Positions 56,034 to 64,000 of a stretch of 64,000 nt of DNA are shown here, piece after piece. Under the pieces are notes generated by a model. That model had not been told where the DNA came from, ran no database searches, and saw only the letters and a list, made by a program, of their open reading frames with translations. A program made the translations under genes and the position numbers. Position 1 is the first letter of the stretch. Each line of letters starts with the position of its first letter. The DNA lies in IMG/VR virus record IMGVR_UViG_3300045988_164636, positions 32,001-96,000 of that record; one strand, written 5' to 3'. The DNA is from a virus.

Positions 56034-56290
56034 AGTATTTAATAAACACGACAGAAACTTATAGGGTTGAATCGGAAAGTGAAGCAAAGGCTCTTATTGA
56101 AGCAGCAAAGAGTAATAGTATGTATTCTCTTAGTAAATATAGCTGTACTTATAAGGAGAGAAAACAGAAGGGTGAAGTTGTTGATGCTTATTATAAGGTA
56201 ATTTTGACAAAAGCTATTGATGATGAAAAAGAACCTTGCAATAGCACTATTGTTAAATATGTTCTGGATGGTGAATTTGATGAAAATTAA
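56030..56290 (+). CDS. hypothetical protein
   Basis: 86-aa ORF with RBS gaaggagaaac. Confidence 0.45.
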   Translation: MKYLINTTETYRVESESEAKALIEAAKSNSMYSLSKYSCTYKERKQKGEVVDAYYKVILTKAIDDEKEPCNSTIVKYVLDGEFDEN

Positions 56291-56705
56291 GCTTTTAGAT
56301 GAAAATGCTAAAATTCCTTTTAGAGGCAGTGATATGGCGGCAGGTTATGATTTATATAGTGCTGAAGAAGCAATAATCCCTGCAGGAGACTGTAGATTAA
56401 TATCTACTGGAATTGCTCTTGAAATACCTAATAATTATTTTGGAGGTATTTTCCCTCGTAGTGGAACTGCGGTAAAGCGAGGTCTGAGATTAGCAAATTG
56501 CGTAGGTATTATTGATGCAGACTACCGGGGAGAGGTTAAGGTACCGCTTTATAACGATAGCTCTGTTCCACAAAAGATAGAGTTGAATGAACGTATAGCT
56601 CAATTAATTATTTTACCTTTTGCAACAATTGAATATGAAGTAGTAAATGAATTATCTGATACTGAGCGTGGCGAGGGCGGATTTAATTCAACAGGTAGAA
56701 AATAA
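56280..56705 (+). CDS. dut: dUTPase
   Basis: Start at ATG 56280 (MKIKLLDENAKIPFRGSDMAAGYDLYS). Motifs PRSG, GIIDADYRGE and ERGEGGFNSTG. Confidence 0.85.
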   Translation: MKIKLLDENAKIPFRGSDMAAGYDLYSAEEAIIPAGDCRLISTGIALEIPNNYFGGIFPRSGTAVKRGLRLANCVGIIDADYRGEVKVPLYNDSSVPQKIELNERIAQLIILPFATIEYEVVNELSDTERGEGGFNSTGRK

Positions 56706-56707
56706 AA

Positions 56708-56742
56708 ATATGCGGAGAATAAAAATCTCCGCATATTTTTTT
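56708..56742 (+). terminator. rho-independent terminator
   Basis: Stem atatgcggaga / tctccgcatat, followed by ttttttt. Confidence 0.8.
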
Positions 56743-56769
56743 GACTTTTTTTAAAATTTTTGTTATATT
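56741..56769 (+). promoter_or_regulatory. promoter: TTGACT-N17-TGtTATATT
   Basis: TTGACT at 56741-46 and the -10 TATATT at 56764-69 with an extended TG. Confidence 0.55.
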
Positions 56770-56780
56770 AAGGTAAAGGA

Positions 56781-57299
56781 GTGATAATGATGATAATGAG
56801 CTTAGATTTAAGCACAAAAAGTAGCGGGGTTGCTATTTTTAATCAAGAAGAATTAATTGACTATTATTGCATTACAGCTTCTTCTACCGATTTAATAAAA
56901 AGGATATATAAGATAATAAATGAAATCAAGAAATTTTGTGAAGAATATACGATAGAAACAATCATTGTAGAAGAAGTAAGACCAGAGGGCAATCAATACG
57001 GAGTGGGCAATCAAAAAACTCATAAGGCATTAATGTACTTACAAGCAGCACTCGCTTTTATGATACATGATTTTTTTCCAACTATTCAAATTGAGTATTT
57101 ATATCCAAGCGAATGGAGAAGTATTTGTGGTTTAAAAACTGGTAGAGGCATCAAAAGAGAAGAGTTAAAAAAGAAAGATATTGAATTTGCGGCGAATAAA
57201 TATAATATTCAAGTTAATGATGATATAGCTGATGCTATTGGAATCGGCTATGCTTGGTTAAAAAGAACACCTGAATTGCCGCAAATAGACTGGGCATAA
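56781..57299 (+). CDS. RuvC-like Holliday-junction resolvase
   Basis: SLDLSTKSSGVAIF (first Asp), IIVEEV (Glu) and NDDIADAIGIG (C-terminal Asp pair). Confidence 0.6.
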   Translation: MIMMIMSLDLSTKSSGVAIFNQEELIDYYCITASSTDLIKRIYKIINEIKKFCEEYTIETIIVEEVRPEGNQYGVGNQKTHKALMYLQAALAFMIHDFFPTIQIEYLYPSEWRSICGLKTGRGIKREELKKKDIEFAANKYNIQVNDDIADAIGIGYAWLKRTPELPQIDWA

Positions 57300-57303
57300 A
57301 AAA

Positions 57304-57332
57304 AAGAGAGGTTTAATTAAAAACCTCTCTTT
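57304..57332. terminator. bidirectional hairpin terminator at the convergent junction
   Basis: Stem gagaggttt / aaacctctc, flanked by an A-run and a T-rich tail. Confidence 0.6.
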
Positions 57333-57637
57333 ATTGTTTCATAAACTTCTTCTGTTGTCATTAAAATTTCTCCGCCATAAGTTGCAACTAAGTCTGCTAA
57401 AACTTCTTCTTCGTATAAATTTAAATTTATATCGTAAGAAAATAATACTGCATGAGTAATTTCATGACATAAAACTCTCCAAAGCATAAATTCTGATAAG
57501 CCATCTTGAATATAAATTGTATGAGTTATATTATCACAAGAACCATGAGTATAAGTTCCATCCTGCCTCTGAAGGCTGTAAGACATAGGTGGAACAAATA
57601 TTATAGTCCATTCTTGATTTCTTATATAAAATATCAT
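57317..57637 (-). CDS. small HExxH zinc-metallopeptidase-like protein
   Basis: 106 aa containing LCHEITHAV. Confidence 0.45.
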   Translation of the reverse strand: MIFYIRNQEWTIIFVPPMSYSLQRQDGTYTHGSCDNITHTIYIQDGLSEFMLWRVLCHEITHAVLFSYDINLNLYEEEVLADLVATYGGEILMTTEEVYETIKRGF

Positions 57638-58128
57638 ACTGATATTCTTTGAGCTAATTCATTCAGCTTATGTTGGAGAACAGTCTTTTCTTCGGTTGTT
57701 GCATTTTGTATCATTTCTGTAATATCATTTGATAATTCTTCCATATAAATTTTTAATTCCTTCATTTGTTCAGTAGGATCTTTATGAAGTTTCTTTGATT
57801 CCATATACATTTTTCTGTGCTGAGGAGAGCGACCTTCATTCATATCTCTCATATTTGTATCATTATTCCATCTTTCAGTTCTACTATCGTTCCATATTGT
57901 AGGATAAGCTCTTTCTCTTTCAGGATAATAAGGAGTATAATATTTATAATTATTTTCTTCTTTTTCTTCCATAGCTTTTGATATAGAATGATAATATTTA
58001 GCTTCTTCCATATCTTTTATCATATCAACAACTTCACCTAATTCTTTAGCGTCAACATCAGAAGTATTACCCATTTGTCCTTGAACTAAAGAAATTAAGC
58101 AATCTTCAATTGCTTTTAATCTGTGCAT
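57634..58128 (-). CDS. hypothetical acidic protein
   Basis: 164-aa ORF with RBS aaggggg. Confidence 0.5.
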   Translation of the reverse strand: MHRLKAIEDCLISLVQGQMGNTSDVDAKELGEVVDMIKDMEEAKYYHSISKAMEEKEENNYKYYTPYYPERERAYPTIWNDSRTERWNNDTNMRDMNEGRSPQHRKMYMESKKLHKDPTEQMKELKIYMEELSNDITEMIQNATTEEKTVLQHKLNELAQRISV

Positions 58129-58140
58129 AAAATAACCCCC

Positions 58141-58566
58141 TTATTCTTTTGTGATAATTAAATTTGCATTTTGAACGTCTATTGCTTGAGTCGAAGTATT
58201 TTCAACAGCAATAGATACACAGCAACAAGCAGGAACATCAATATAAGTGCTACTTGCTACATTATTATATTGAGAAACTGCACCGGGAGTTGTAATCATA
58301 GTTGTACTTACAATAGGTTCTCCGTCAATAGCAATAGCTAAAGAAATTGCAGGATCTGTTGTAGTACCTGCTGCAGGAATAGCAATATTACCACCGAAAC
58401 TTACTTTAAAGCGGGTACGACATTTTCCCGTCGTACCCTTTAAAGTAATTACTCCACTACCAGCTCGATGAATAACATTGCAACAGCCGCTTACAACAGT
58501 ATTGGTAAATAATACATTTCCATTAGTAGCTACTGTCTGTACTGCATTTGCAATATATTCTGCCAT
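58141..58566 (-). CDS. C1q/TNF-like (BclA C-terminal-domain-like) protein
   Basis: The pattern AVQTVATNGNVLF...HRAGSGVITL...FKVSFGGNI...NANLIITKE resembles the beta-sandwich domains of exosporium BclA-type proteins. This is from memory only. Confidence 0.35.
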   Translation of the reverse strand: MAEYIANAVQTVATNGNVLFTNTVVSGCCNVIHRAGSGVITLKGTTGKCRTRFKVSFGGNIAIPAAGTTTDPAISLAIAIDGEPIVSTTMITTPGAVSQYNNVASSTYIDVPACCCVSIAVENTSTQAIDVQNANLIITKE

Positions 58567-58579
58567 ATTAGTGTCCTCC

Positions 58580-58923
58580 TTAAGAATTTACGCCACAGTT
58601 ACATCCGCAACCATTATATCCATAATTCGCATAAGGACTCTGAACAATATATGCGGGGATTGCAGCCTTCTGTCCTAACTGACTTACAAGATAATTGTTT
58701 TGAGCTTCTTGAGATGCAGCAAACTTAAGACTCTGATTTTCTGCTGTAAGTGTAGCAATTTTATCCTGAGTTAAGAAGTCTAAGATAGAACGAGTATTTG
58801 CATCTTGGTTAGTTGTAATAGCTGTTGTTGCATCAGCTATAGCCTGTCTTGTCTGACATGATTGTTCTGCTAATCTGTAATTAAGATCTGATGCCTGAGT
58901 AGCTGATTGATAACGTAAATCAC
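58580..58923 (-). CDS. Cys-rich coiled-coil/membrane late protein, exon 2
   Basis: A 114-codon open frame with no Met codon at all (so absent from the ORF track) ends ...YGYNGCGCNCGVNS*. It is followed at once by the RBS of the next gene. The exact 5' boundary is inferred. Confidence 0.55.
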
Positions 58924-60022
58924 CGTTTTGTTACCCTAGAGATTCTTTATTCTCTAGTTCTTATAGTTTCCTATAAGTTCAGACTATATCTTCACCCTTT
59001 TGTTAAAGGGGTTCGGCACTCGTGTTGGTATTATTGTCTGTCATGACTCAACCATTAGTCGTTGAACCTTCCAATTACTTTTATTGACTTTCATTGGCTT
59101 GGCTGCTGATTGGCATATTCACAAGTATGACCCATACAAATTTTTCTTCCTTCTCGTAAACTTTTATTTAATGTCACTGGTTTTAATCCTACTGCTAATG
59201 CGGCTTCTGTCCCTGAGTTATAATAAATTCCATCAACAATAACAGGGTGTCCTTGTCTAGATGGTTTCTTTAAACCGTCTTTATATCTACATTCTTTTCC
59301 GTCCGGTGATTTTCCCAATTGACACCAACTTGAAATTGTTGTCTGAGAAACCCCATAATAAGTAGCTGCATCAATAGCCCCTTCAAATTCTTTACCCTCT
59401 ATAATGACTGCTCTTTTATGAGCTTTTCCATTCTTCTGGGCAACTTCTTTATTATACATAGGATTCTTTTCTCTCATGCGCTGTCGTTGTTCTTCTGATT
59501 TCATCGGATTATTTTTTGACCAATATTCTCTTAATTCTGGTGTCCAAACAACTTCTAAACCACCATGACCAGCTTCAGCCAGATTACATTTACACTGATT
59601 TTGTTTTTTATATTCATCTGTAATCTTTTTTTCTTCTATAAAAGCCTCTTGTTCAGTAAGATTATCTGATATAATTCTAACTTCTGTGTTATGCGTAGCA
59701 AAATAATTAAGAAATTCTTGATTTCTATGTCTAGTATCTGAATATCTTTTTCCGCATCCTTTTCCTACATAAAACACTTCTCCAGTATCTAAATCATACC
59801 ATTCATACACATAAAATTTACATAATTCTTCTTGCATAATTTTAAACTCCTCTATATTATATTTTATCAGATACCGTATATCTGATTTCATATATCTTAG
59901 AAAAATCTAAAAATATAATTATTTTGTATTGACCATTTTTTGTGAACTTAGCTTTCCAGCAATTCACCGAATTATTTTTCTAATAATTACTTATTAGGCT
60001 GCCATGATTTTGTTATAGCAGC
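58924..60022 (-). mobile_element. group I intron (about 1.1 kb) with a GIY-YIG homing-endonuclease ORF, in a late gene
   Basis: On the minus strand, R-like gttcaacgactaa and S-like gaagatatagtctgaac form a T4-td-like core. A 25-nt block is shared with the Sak4-gene intron. Boundaries were chosen so the 5' exon ends in U, the intron ends in G, and the frame is kept (..QMSN-C-DLRY..). Confidence 0.6.
59091..59837 (-). CDS. GIY-YIG homing endonuclease (intron-encoded)
   Basis: FYVYEWYDLDTGEVFYVGKGCGKRY. ATG 59837 follows agaggag. A C-terminal HTH-like region is present (AATYYGVSQTTISSW). Confidence 0.75.
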   Translation of the reverse strand: MQEELCKFYVYEWYDLDTGEVFYVGKGCGKRYSDTRHRNQEFLNYFATHNTEVRIISDNLTEQEAFIEEKKITDEYKKQNQCKCNLAEAGHGGLEVVWTPELREYWSKNNPMKSEEQRQRMREKNPMYNKEVAQKNGKAHKRAVIIEGKEFEGAIDAATYYGVSQTTISSWCQLGKSPDGKECRYKDGLKKPSRQGHPVIVDGIYYNSGTEAALAVGLKPVTLNKSLREGRKICMGHTCEYANQQPSQ

Positions 60023-60470
60023 AATTCGACATCTGTGTTCCTAAGCTAGTTAACTGAGCACCAATAGCATTAGTATTTTGCATAGCTTCTACTGTATTAT
60101 TGTTGATTGCAGCAGTTACACCCGCCTGAGCTGTTTGAATTGAGTTCTGTATAGTATTAAAACCATTTAACATTCCAGTGTTCATTGCATAGAAGCCATC
60201 ACAAATACCGCTATTTACAGTATCCAGTTTTCTTTCGATGTTAGCAAAGTCAGATGTTAGTATATAACCATCTGTAATGCCCGAACCTGTAGATGAACCT
60301 CCGAAAAGTCCACCATTATTCCATCCACCTGCAAAGCAGAAAAGGAACAAGATAATAATCCACCAGGCAGAATTTCCACCCATAAATCCATCGTCATAAT
60401 TTCTGTTGTTGCCACCGGTTGCAGCAGCAATGTCGGCTAAAGAATAGCCACTATTTGTTGTGTTGAACAT
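60023..60470 (-). CDS. Cys-rich coiled-coil/membrane late protein, exon 1
   Basis: RBS gggagg. A Gly-rich N-terminus carries one TM segment (WWIIILFLFCFAGGW), followed by Asn/Gln-rich helical repeats. The track ORF reads on into the intron (..NCCYNKIMAA*). Confidence 0.55.
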
Positions 60471-60505
60471 ATAATGTCCTCCCTTTTCTTAAAAATATAA
60501 TATAT

Positions 60506-60742
60506 TTAAATGCCTAAAGTTTTTCTAAAGGCATTAAATTCTTTATCAAAATCAATTCCTTTTTCTTTCATTAAATTTCTTGCAAAAGTTTCAATACCTT
60601 TTTCATCATTCGATTGAGCCATTTGCATTAAATTTGCCATTAAAGGATTGTTGTTATTTTGTTGTAATAAATTTAACATTAATTGTTGTGGGTTATTTCC
60701 ACTTTTCATCATTTGAATTAATTGCATAGGATTAACTTTCAT
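60506..60742 (-). CDS. hypothetical Asn/Gln/Met-rich small protein
   Basis: 78-aa ORF with RBS aaggaggaaat. Confidence 0.5.
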   Translation of the reverse strand: MKVNPMQLIQMMKSGNNPQQLMLNLLQQNNNNPLMANLMQMAQSNDEKGIETFARNLMKEKGIDFDKEFNAFRKTLGI

Positions 60743-60754
60743 TTTATTTCCTCC

Positions 60755-61150
60755 TTAAAAATTAATTTCTGCGGAAGGCTTAGGTTGAACGCCTCCACCC
60801 ATCTCCGCCCGCAATGACTGAATAGCTTTCTCAAATTCATCTCTCGTTATATAACTTGATGAGGTTGTATCTTCAATTAATTGGTAAACATTTAAAGTAG
60901 CTGTACCATCTAAATTAATTTGTTTGGTATAAATTTTTTTATTCCCAATATCAGTAAAAATATGTAAACTTCCATCTAAATCAATTTGAGCTGCACGTGC
61001 TTCTTCTATTGATACAACAGGACGACCTTTAAGAAAATTTTGTGGTATTGGTGCTTGCGTTTCCATCTGCATAGGCTGAGATGGCATTTGAGGACGCTGT
61101 TGAAATTGCGGCTGATAATAATATTGAGGTTGTTGTGGAAAATTATACAT
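60755..61150 (-). CDS. hypothetical protein with a Gln/Pro-rich N-terminus
   Basis: 131-aa ORF opening MYNFPQQPQYYYQPQFQQRPQMPSQPMQ. RBS is aaaggagtg. Confidence 0.5.
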   Translation of the reverse strand: MYNFPQQPQYYYQPQFQQRPQMPSQPMQMETQAPIPQNFLKGRPVVSIEEARAAQIDLDGSLHIFTDIGNKKIYTKQINLDGTATLNVYQLIEDTTSSSYITRDEFEKAIQSLRAEMGGGVQPKPSAEINF

Positions 61151-61320
61151 TTTTTTATCACTCCTTTCGCTCTCACTTATTATTAAAAAATAGCTGGTAA
61201 TATTTTTCTTACTTTTACCAATTTTTGGAAATTTATTAAATTGTAAATTTTAATAGAAAAGTAACGATAGAAGTATCATTTTTATTTTTATTAATTATTA
61301 ATTGCTAACAAAAACAGATA

Positions 61321-61355
61321 AAAAAAATAGGAGTACATATAAATGTACTCCTTAT
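61321..61355 (-). terminator. rho-independent terminator (hairpin symmetric, flanked by A and T runs)
   Basis: Stem aggagtacat / atgtactcct. On the minus strand it is followed by tattttttttt. Confidence 0.75.
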
Positions 61356-61363
61356 TTTTATTA

Positions 61364-63412
61364 TTATCTTCTTTGAATTACTCTTTTTGCAGTAATTGAC
61401 ATTGTTCCGCCCAAATCCATGGGTATAGTCATACTATTAATTACATACTCTCCACTAATTAAACTTTCTTCATCTTCAACAGTAATAATCATATTTGGTT
61501 CTAAATAATATATTGGTAAACATTGCAACGTAATGCTCTCATTATAATTAGTATATTCATAGATTAAATCTTTCATTAAGTTATATGCAGAATTAAGAGT
61601 TCCGCCTAGAATTGTATTTATTTCTATTAAATTGTTTTTATCTTTATCTAATAATGAGGATACATTTAAATATTTTTGTCCTCTATCTTGACACCATTTA
61701 ATCTCTTCTGTAGTATAACAAAATACATAGTCTTCGATTATAGGTTCAAAAATACAATTTACCTTATCATCAGATACTACTTTCGTCATTCTCCCTATTG
61801 TTGAAACACTTATATTATTATATGCTTCTCCTTTTTCAATGAAATCTAAAAAATAATCTATATTAGAACATTGTTCTATAGACTTTTCTTTAAATCTGCC
61901 TTTTATAACATCATAGATTTTTGTCCATTCATTAACAAGTTCTGTATAATAATAGTTACTATCTGTCGCATATCTTTCCGATAAACAACCTTGAATATAT
62001 AATTCTGTCCGCCAATCTTTAATAGCTATATCTTTATAAATTTTCAGATTGGTATCATTGTTATCTTTATCTATTGTTTTCCAAGAATTATCTTCCCAAT
62101 AGCTATATTCATCTAAATCTTTGGTATGATAAATCATTCCGGGATACCCTTGTAAAGGTCTGTTACTATGAGTATTAATTTCAATAGGTGGTTTAATTAA
62201 AGTTGTTGTTTCATATATTTCTTTATCTTTATCTACTAATTGAGTATAATCCCATTGAACAAAATCGCAAGTTTTTCGAAGCGGTGGTTTTTTATCTAAA
62301 GTTAAATGATACCTAATTGGAACTTCTTTATCTGCTGCAGTTTTTCTCTTGCCCCATACAATAAAATCATTTTTTACCATATCATATTGTGGAGTATTTT
62401 GATATGAAACAATTAAATTACTATTATCAAAATTATATGCACTATAGACCGTAGAAGGTGTAGTATTATATTGAATTTGTTCTAAATTTTGAGTAGATGC
62501 TTTTGTAGTATTATAGTAATTCTTTTTTTCTTGAAAATGGAAATATCCTTGCGTATCAAAAAAATATTCATAATTACCAAGTTTATTTTTTATTTTATCA
62601 AGAATTGTGCAAACATTATCTCCTTGATTGGCAGTCAGTTCTTCATCATAATAAAAGTTTGTATAATGAAAACCAATATCATCTCCTTCATAGAAGATTT
62701 TTTCCCAAGTATCAAGTAATTCCGCATCATTATCAACCATCATTACTTGATTAGTAGAATAATTCACACAAAGTTTCTTTGAACTATTATTCCACCTTAG
62801 TACTTCTTTAGCAATAGTATCAATATCTTTAATAATAATTTTCTCTAATGGTATATTTCCAAAATGATTTACAACTTCTTGAATAATTTGATAAATAGGA
62901 ATTTTTTTTGTTTCTATATCGCCAGAAGGTGTTATTTCATCAACTTTATCAAATATACAATAGGCGGGAAGAATACCTCCACGACTACCATTTAATAAAC
63001 ACATTTTATCTTGTAAAGATAAACTAATTGAAACACCATTTGTACCTCTGCTAATATTAGGATTAATAATAATAAAAATACCAAGAGGAAACCAAATTAT
63101 TTTTTCTTCTTGATATTTAGCTGTACGATTAGCATACCCAATAAATATTTTTATTCTTTTATTTATAGATAGTAAATTACTTGTTTCCATAACATTTCTA
63201 TATTTATCATCTGCAATCATATTTAAAGTACAAGTGCGGCGGACGGAGGAATCTCCATTTATAGATAAAGTTCCGCCGCTTGTAACATATCCTTGAATTT
63301 CTTCAAGTTCATATTCGTTTTGATCTAATACAATAATTCTTATGTACTGCTCTTTTTCCGACATTTCGTCTAATTCTCTTAAAAAATTTTTATCATTTAA
63401 ATAGTTATTCAT
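61364..63412 (-). CDS. large baseplate/tail structural protein
   Basis: 682 aa. The N-terminal part (IQGYVTSGGTLSINGDSSVRRTCTLNM) resembles tail/baseplate hub-type proteins. No enzymatic motif was recognised. Confidence 0.5.
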   Translation of the reverse strand: MNNYLNDKNFLRELDEMSEKEQYIRIIVLDQNEYELEEIQGYVTSGGTLSINGDSSVRRTCTLNMIADDKYRNVMETSNLLSINKRIKIFIGYANRTAKYQEEKIIWFPLGIFIIINPNISRGTNGVSISLSLQDKMCLLNGSRGGILPAYCIFDKVDEITPSGDIETKKIPIYQIIQEVVNHFGNIPLEKIIIKDIDTIAKEVLRWNNSSKKLCVNYSTNQVMMVDNDAELLDTWEKIFYEGDDIGFHYTNFYYDEELTANQGDNVCTILDKIKNKLGNYEYFFDTQGYFHFQEKKNYYNTTKASTQNLEQIQYNTTPSTVYSAYNFDNSNLIVSYQNTPQYDMVKNDFIVWGKRKTAADKEVPIRYHLTLDKKPPLRKTCDFVQWDYTQLVDKDKEIYETTTLIKPPIEINTHSNRPLQGYPGMIYHTKDLDEYSYWEDNSWKTIDKDNNDTNLKIYKDIAIKDWRTELYIQGCLSERYATDSNYYYTELVNEWTKIYDVIKGRFKEKSIEQCSNIDYFLDFIEKGEAYNNISVSTIGRMTKVVSDDKVNCIFEPIIEDYVFCYTTEEIKWCQDRGQKYLNVSSLLDKDKNNLIEINTILGGTLNSAYNLMKDLIYEYTNYNESITLQCLPIYYLEPNMIITVEDEESLISGEYVINSMTIPMDLGGTMSITAKRVIQRR

Positions 63413-63416
63413 ATTA

Positions 63417-63965
63417 TCAATCCTCCACCCATATTAAATAAAGTATTAATTGATTATCTTTATCTTTTTCTAATTCTTTAGTTAATACAGAAGTAGCATT
63501 ATAATTACTAATTAATTGATTATCTTTAAAAGTAAGTGCAGAATTAGCCGCCTTAAGAATATATTCAAAATGACCTTTAATTTCATCTGTCTTTAACACA
63601 TTATACTTATTATAATTTTCAATAGTATCTTCTGCAATTTCTGTGGCTGTTGCGGAAAAGCTATATATTCTACGACTTAAAGTCTTATTTGGGGTTAAAG
63701 AAATATTCGTTAATTTTACAAGAATATTACCTTCTGTTAATGTTCTTAATAATTTAACATTATTTGCATATAAAATATCTATAACTTTATCCCTAAAGTA
63801 TTTTTCATATATATAATTATTTACATTAGGTTGGATATTATATTGTTTTATAAAATTATTATAACATTCTTCTCCCACTTTACTTTTAATAATATCTTCT
63901 GAATATAATATATTCTTAGAAATTTCTTCAATAAGAATATTTTCTTGAGATTTATTATGTATCAT
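63417..63965 (-). CDS. hypothetical structural protein
   Basis: 182-aa ORF immediately upstream of the 682-aa gene. Confidence 0.45.
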   Translation of the reverse strand: MIHNKSQENILIEEISKNILYSEDIIKSKVGEECYNNFIKQYNIQPNVNNYIYEKYFRDKVIDILYANNVKLLRTLTEGNILVKLTNISLTPNKTLSRRIYSFSATATEIAEDTIENYNKYNVLKTDEIKGHFEYILKAANSALTFKDNQLISNYNATSVLTKELEKDKDNQLILYLIWVED

Positions 63966-64000
63966 TACACTATTATTAAAAATGCCAACTGAATTATCAT

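Noticed and set aside
1-64000. CRISPR arrays, integrase/attachment sites, transposases, reverse transcriptase/DGR and toxin-antitoxin pairs.
   Set aside because: I saw no regularly spaced direct repeats, no Tyr/Ser recombinase motifs, no RT (YxDD) motif and no obvious TA pair. The only mobile elements I can support are the five introns and their endonucleases.
1-64000. Genome-wide stop-codon reassignment, as in some gut phages.
   Set aside because: All long genes are continuous ORFs under the standard code. The only in-frame stop in a recognisable gene is the single TAA at 44117.

Overview
AT-rich (about 30% GC by eye) segment of a large tailed phage of a low-GC Gram-positive-type host. This call rests on the TTGAca-N17-TGnTATAAT promoters, AGGAGG ribosome-binding sites, and a GH25 endolysin plus holin. 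There are four transcription blocks. (1) 1-7976 (+) holds a small accessory island (DenV-like glycosylase, HPr-like protein, Pnk-like kinase). It also holds a roughly 2.1 kb non-coding tRNA region with 7 canonical tRNAs, 2 atypical tRNA-like elements and long structured spacers. A DUF2828/TROVE-like vWA protein and two tail-fibre genes follow. (2) 8181-16680 (-) holds tail fibre/adhesin and other structural genes, then a membrane protein, holin and endolysin. (3) 16832-57299 (+) is a long early/replication block. It encodes a DraRnl-type RNA ligase with two metallophosphoesterases, PIN-PhoH, RNase H, GyrB/GyrA-like topoisomerase II, NAD-ligase, ClpP-like protease and a diverged ThyX-like protein. 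It continues with Sak4-like ATPase, DnaB, primase, macrodomain, RecJ, Dda-like helicase, two N6-adenine methyltransferases, DnaE-type polymerase, dNMP kinase, NrdH/NrdD/NrdG, dUTPase and a RuvC-like resolvase. (4) 57317-63965 (-) holds further late/structural genes. Five group I introns, each carrying a homing-endonuclease ORF, interrupt four genes: the gyrB-like gene, the Sak4-like ATPase, nrdD (twice) and a late Cys-rich membrane protein. Other notable signals: strong over-representation of TGCGG/CCGCA (core GCGG) created by synonymous codon choice; a Dam-like methyltransferase with one in-frame TAA; a dispersed RNA-repair gene set around the odd tRNA-like RNAs; a ThyX-fold protein lacking the RHR motif; and a ferredoxin-thioredoxin-reductase-like Cys motif fused to an unknown domain next to nrdG. 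All calls come from reading the sequence and from remembered family motifs. No searches were run.
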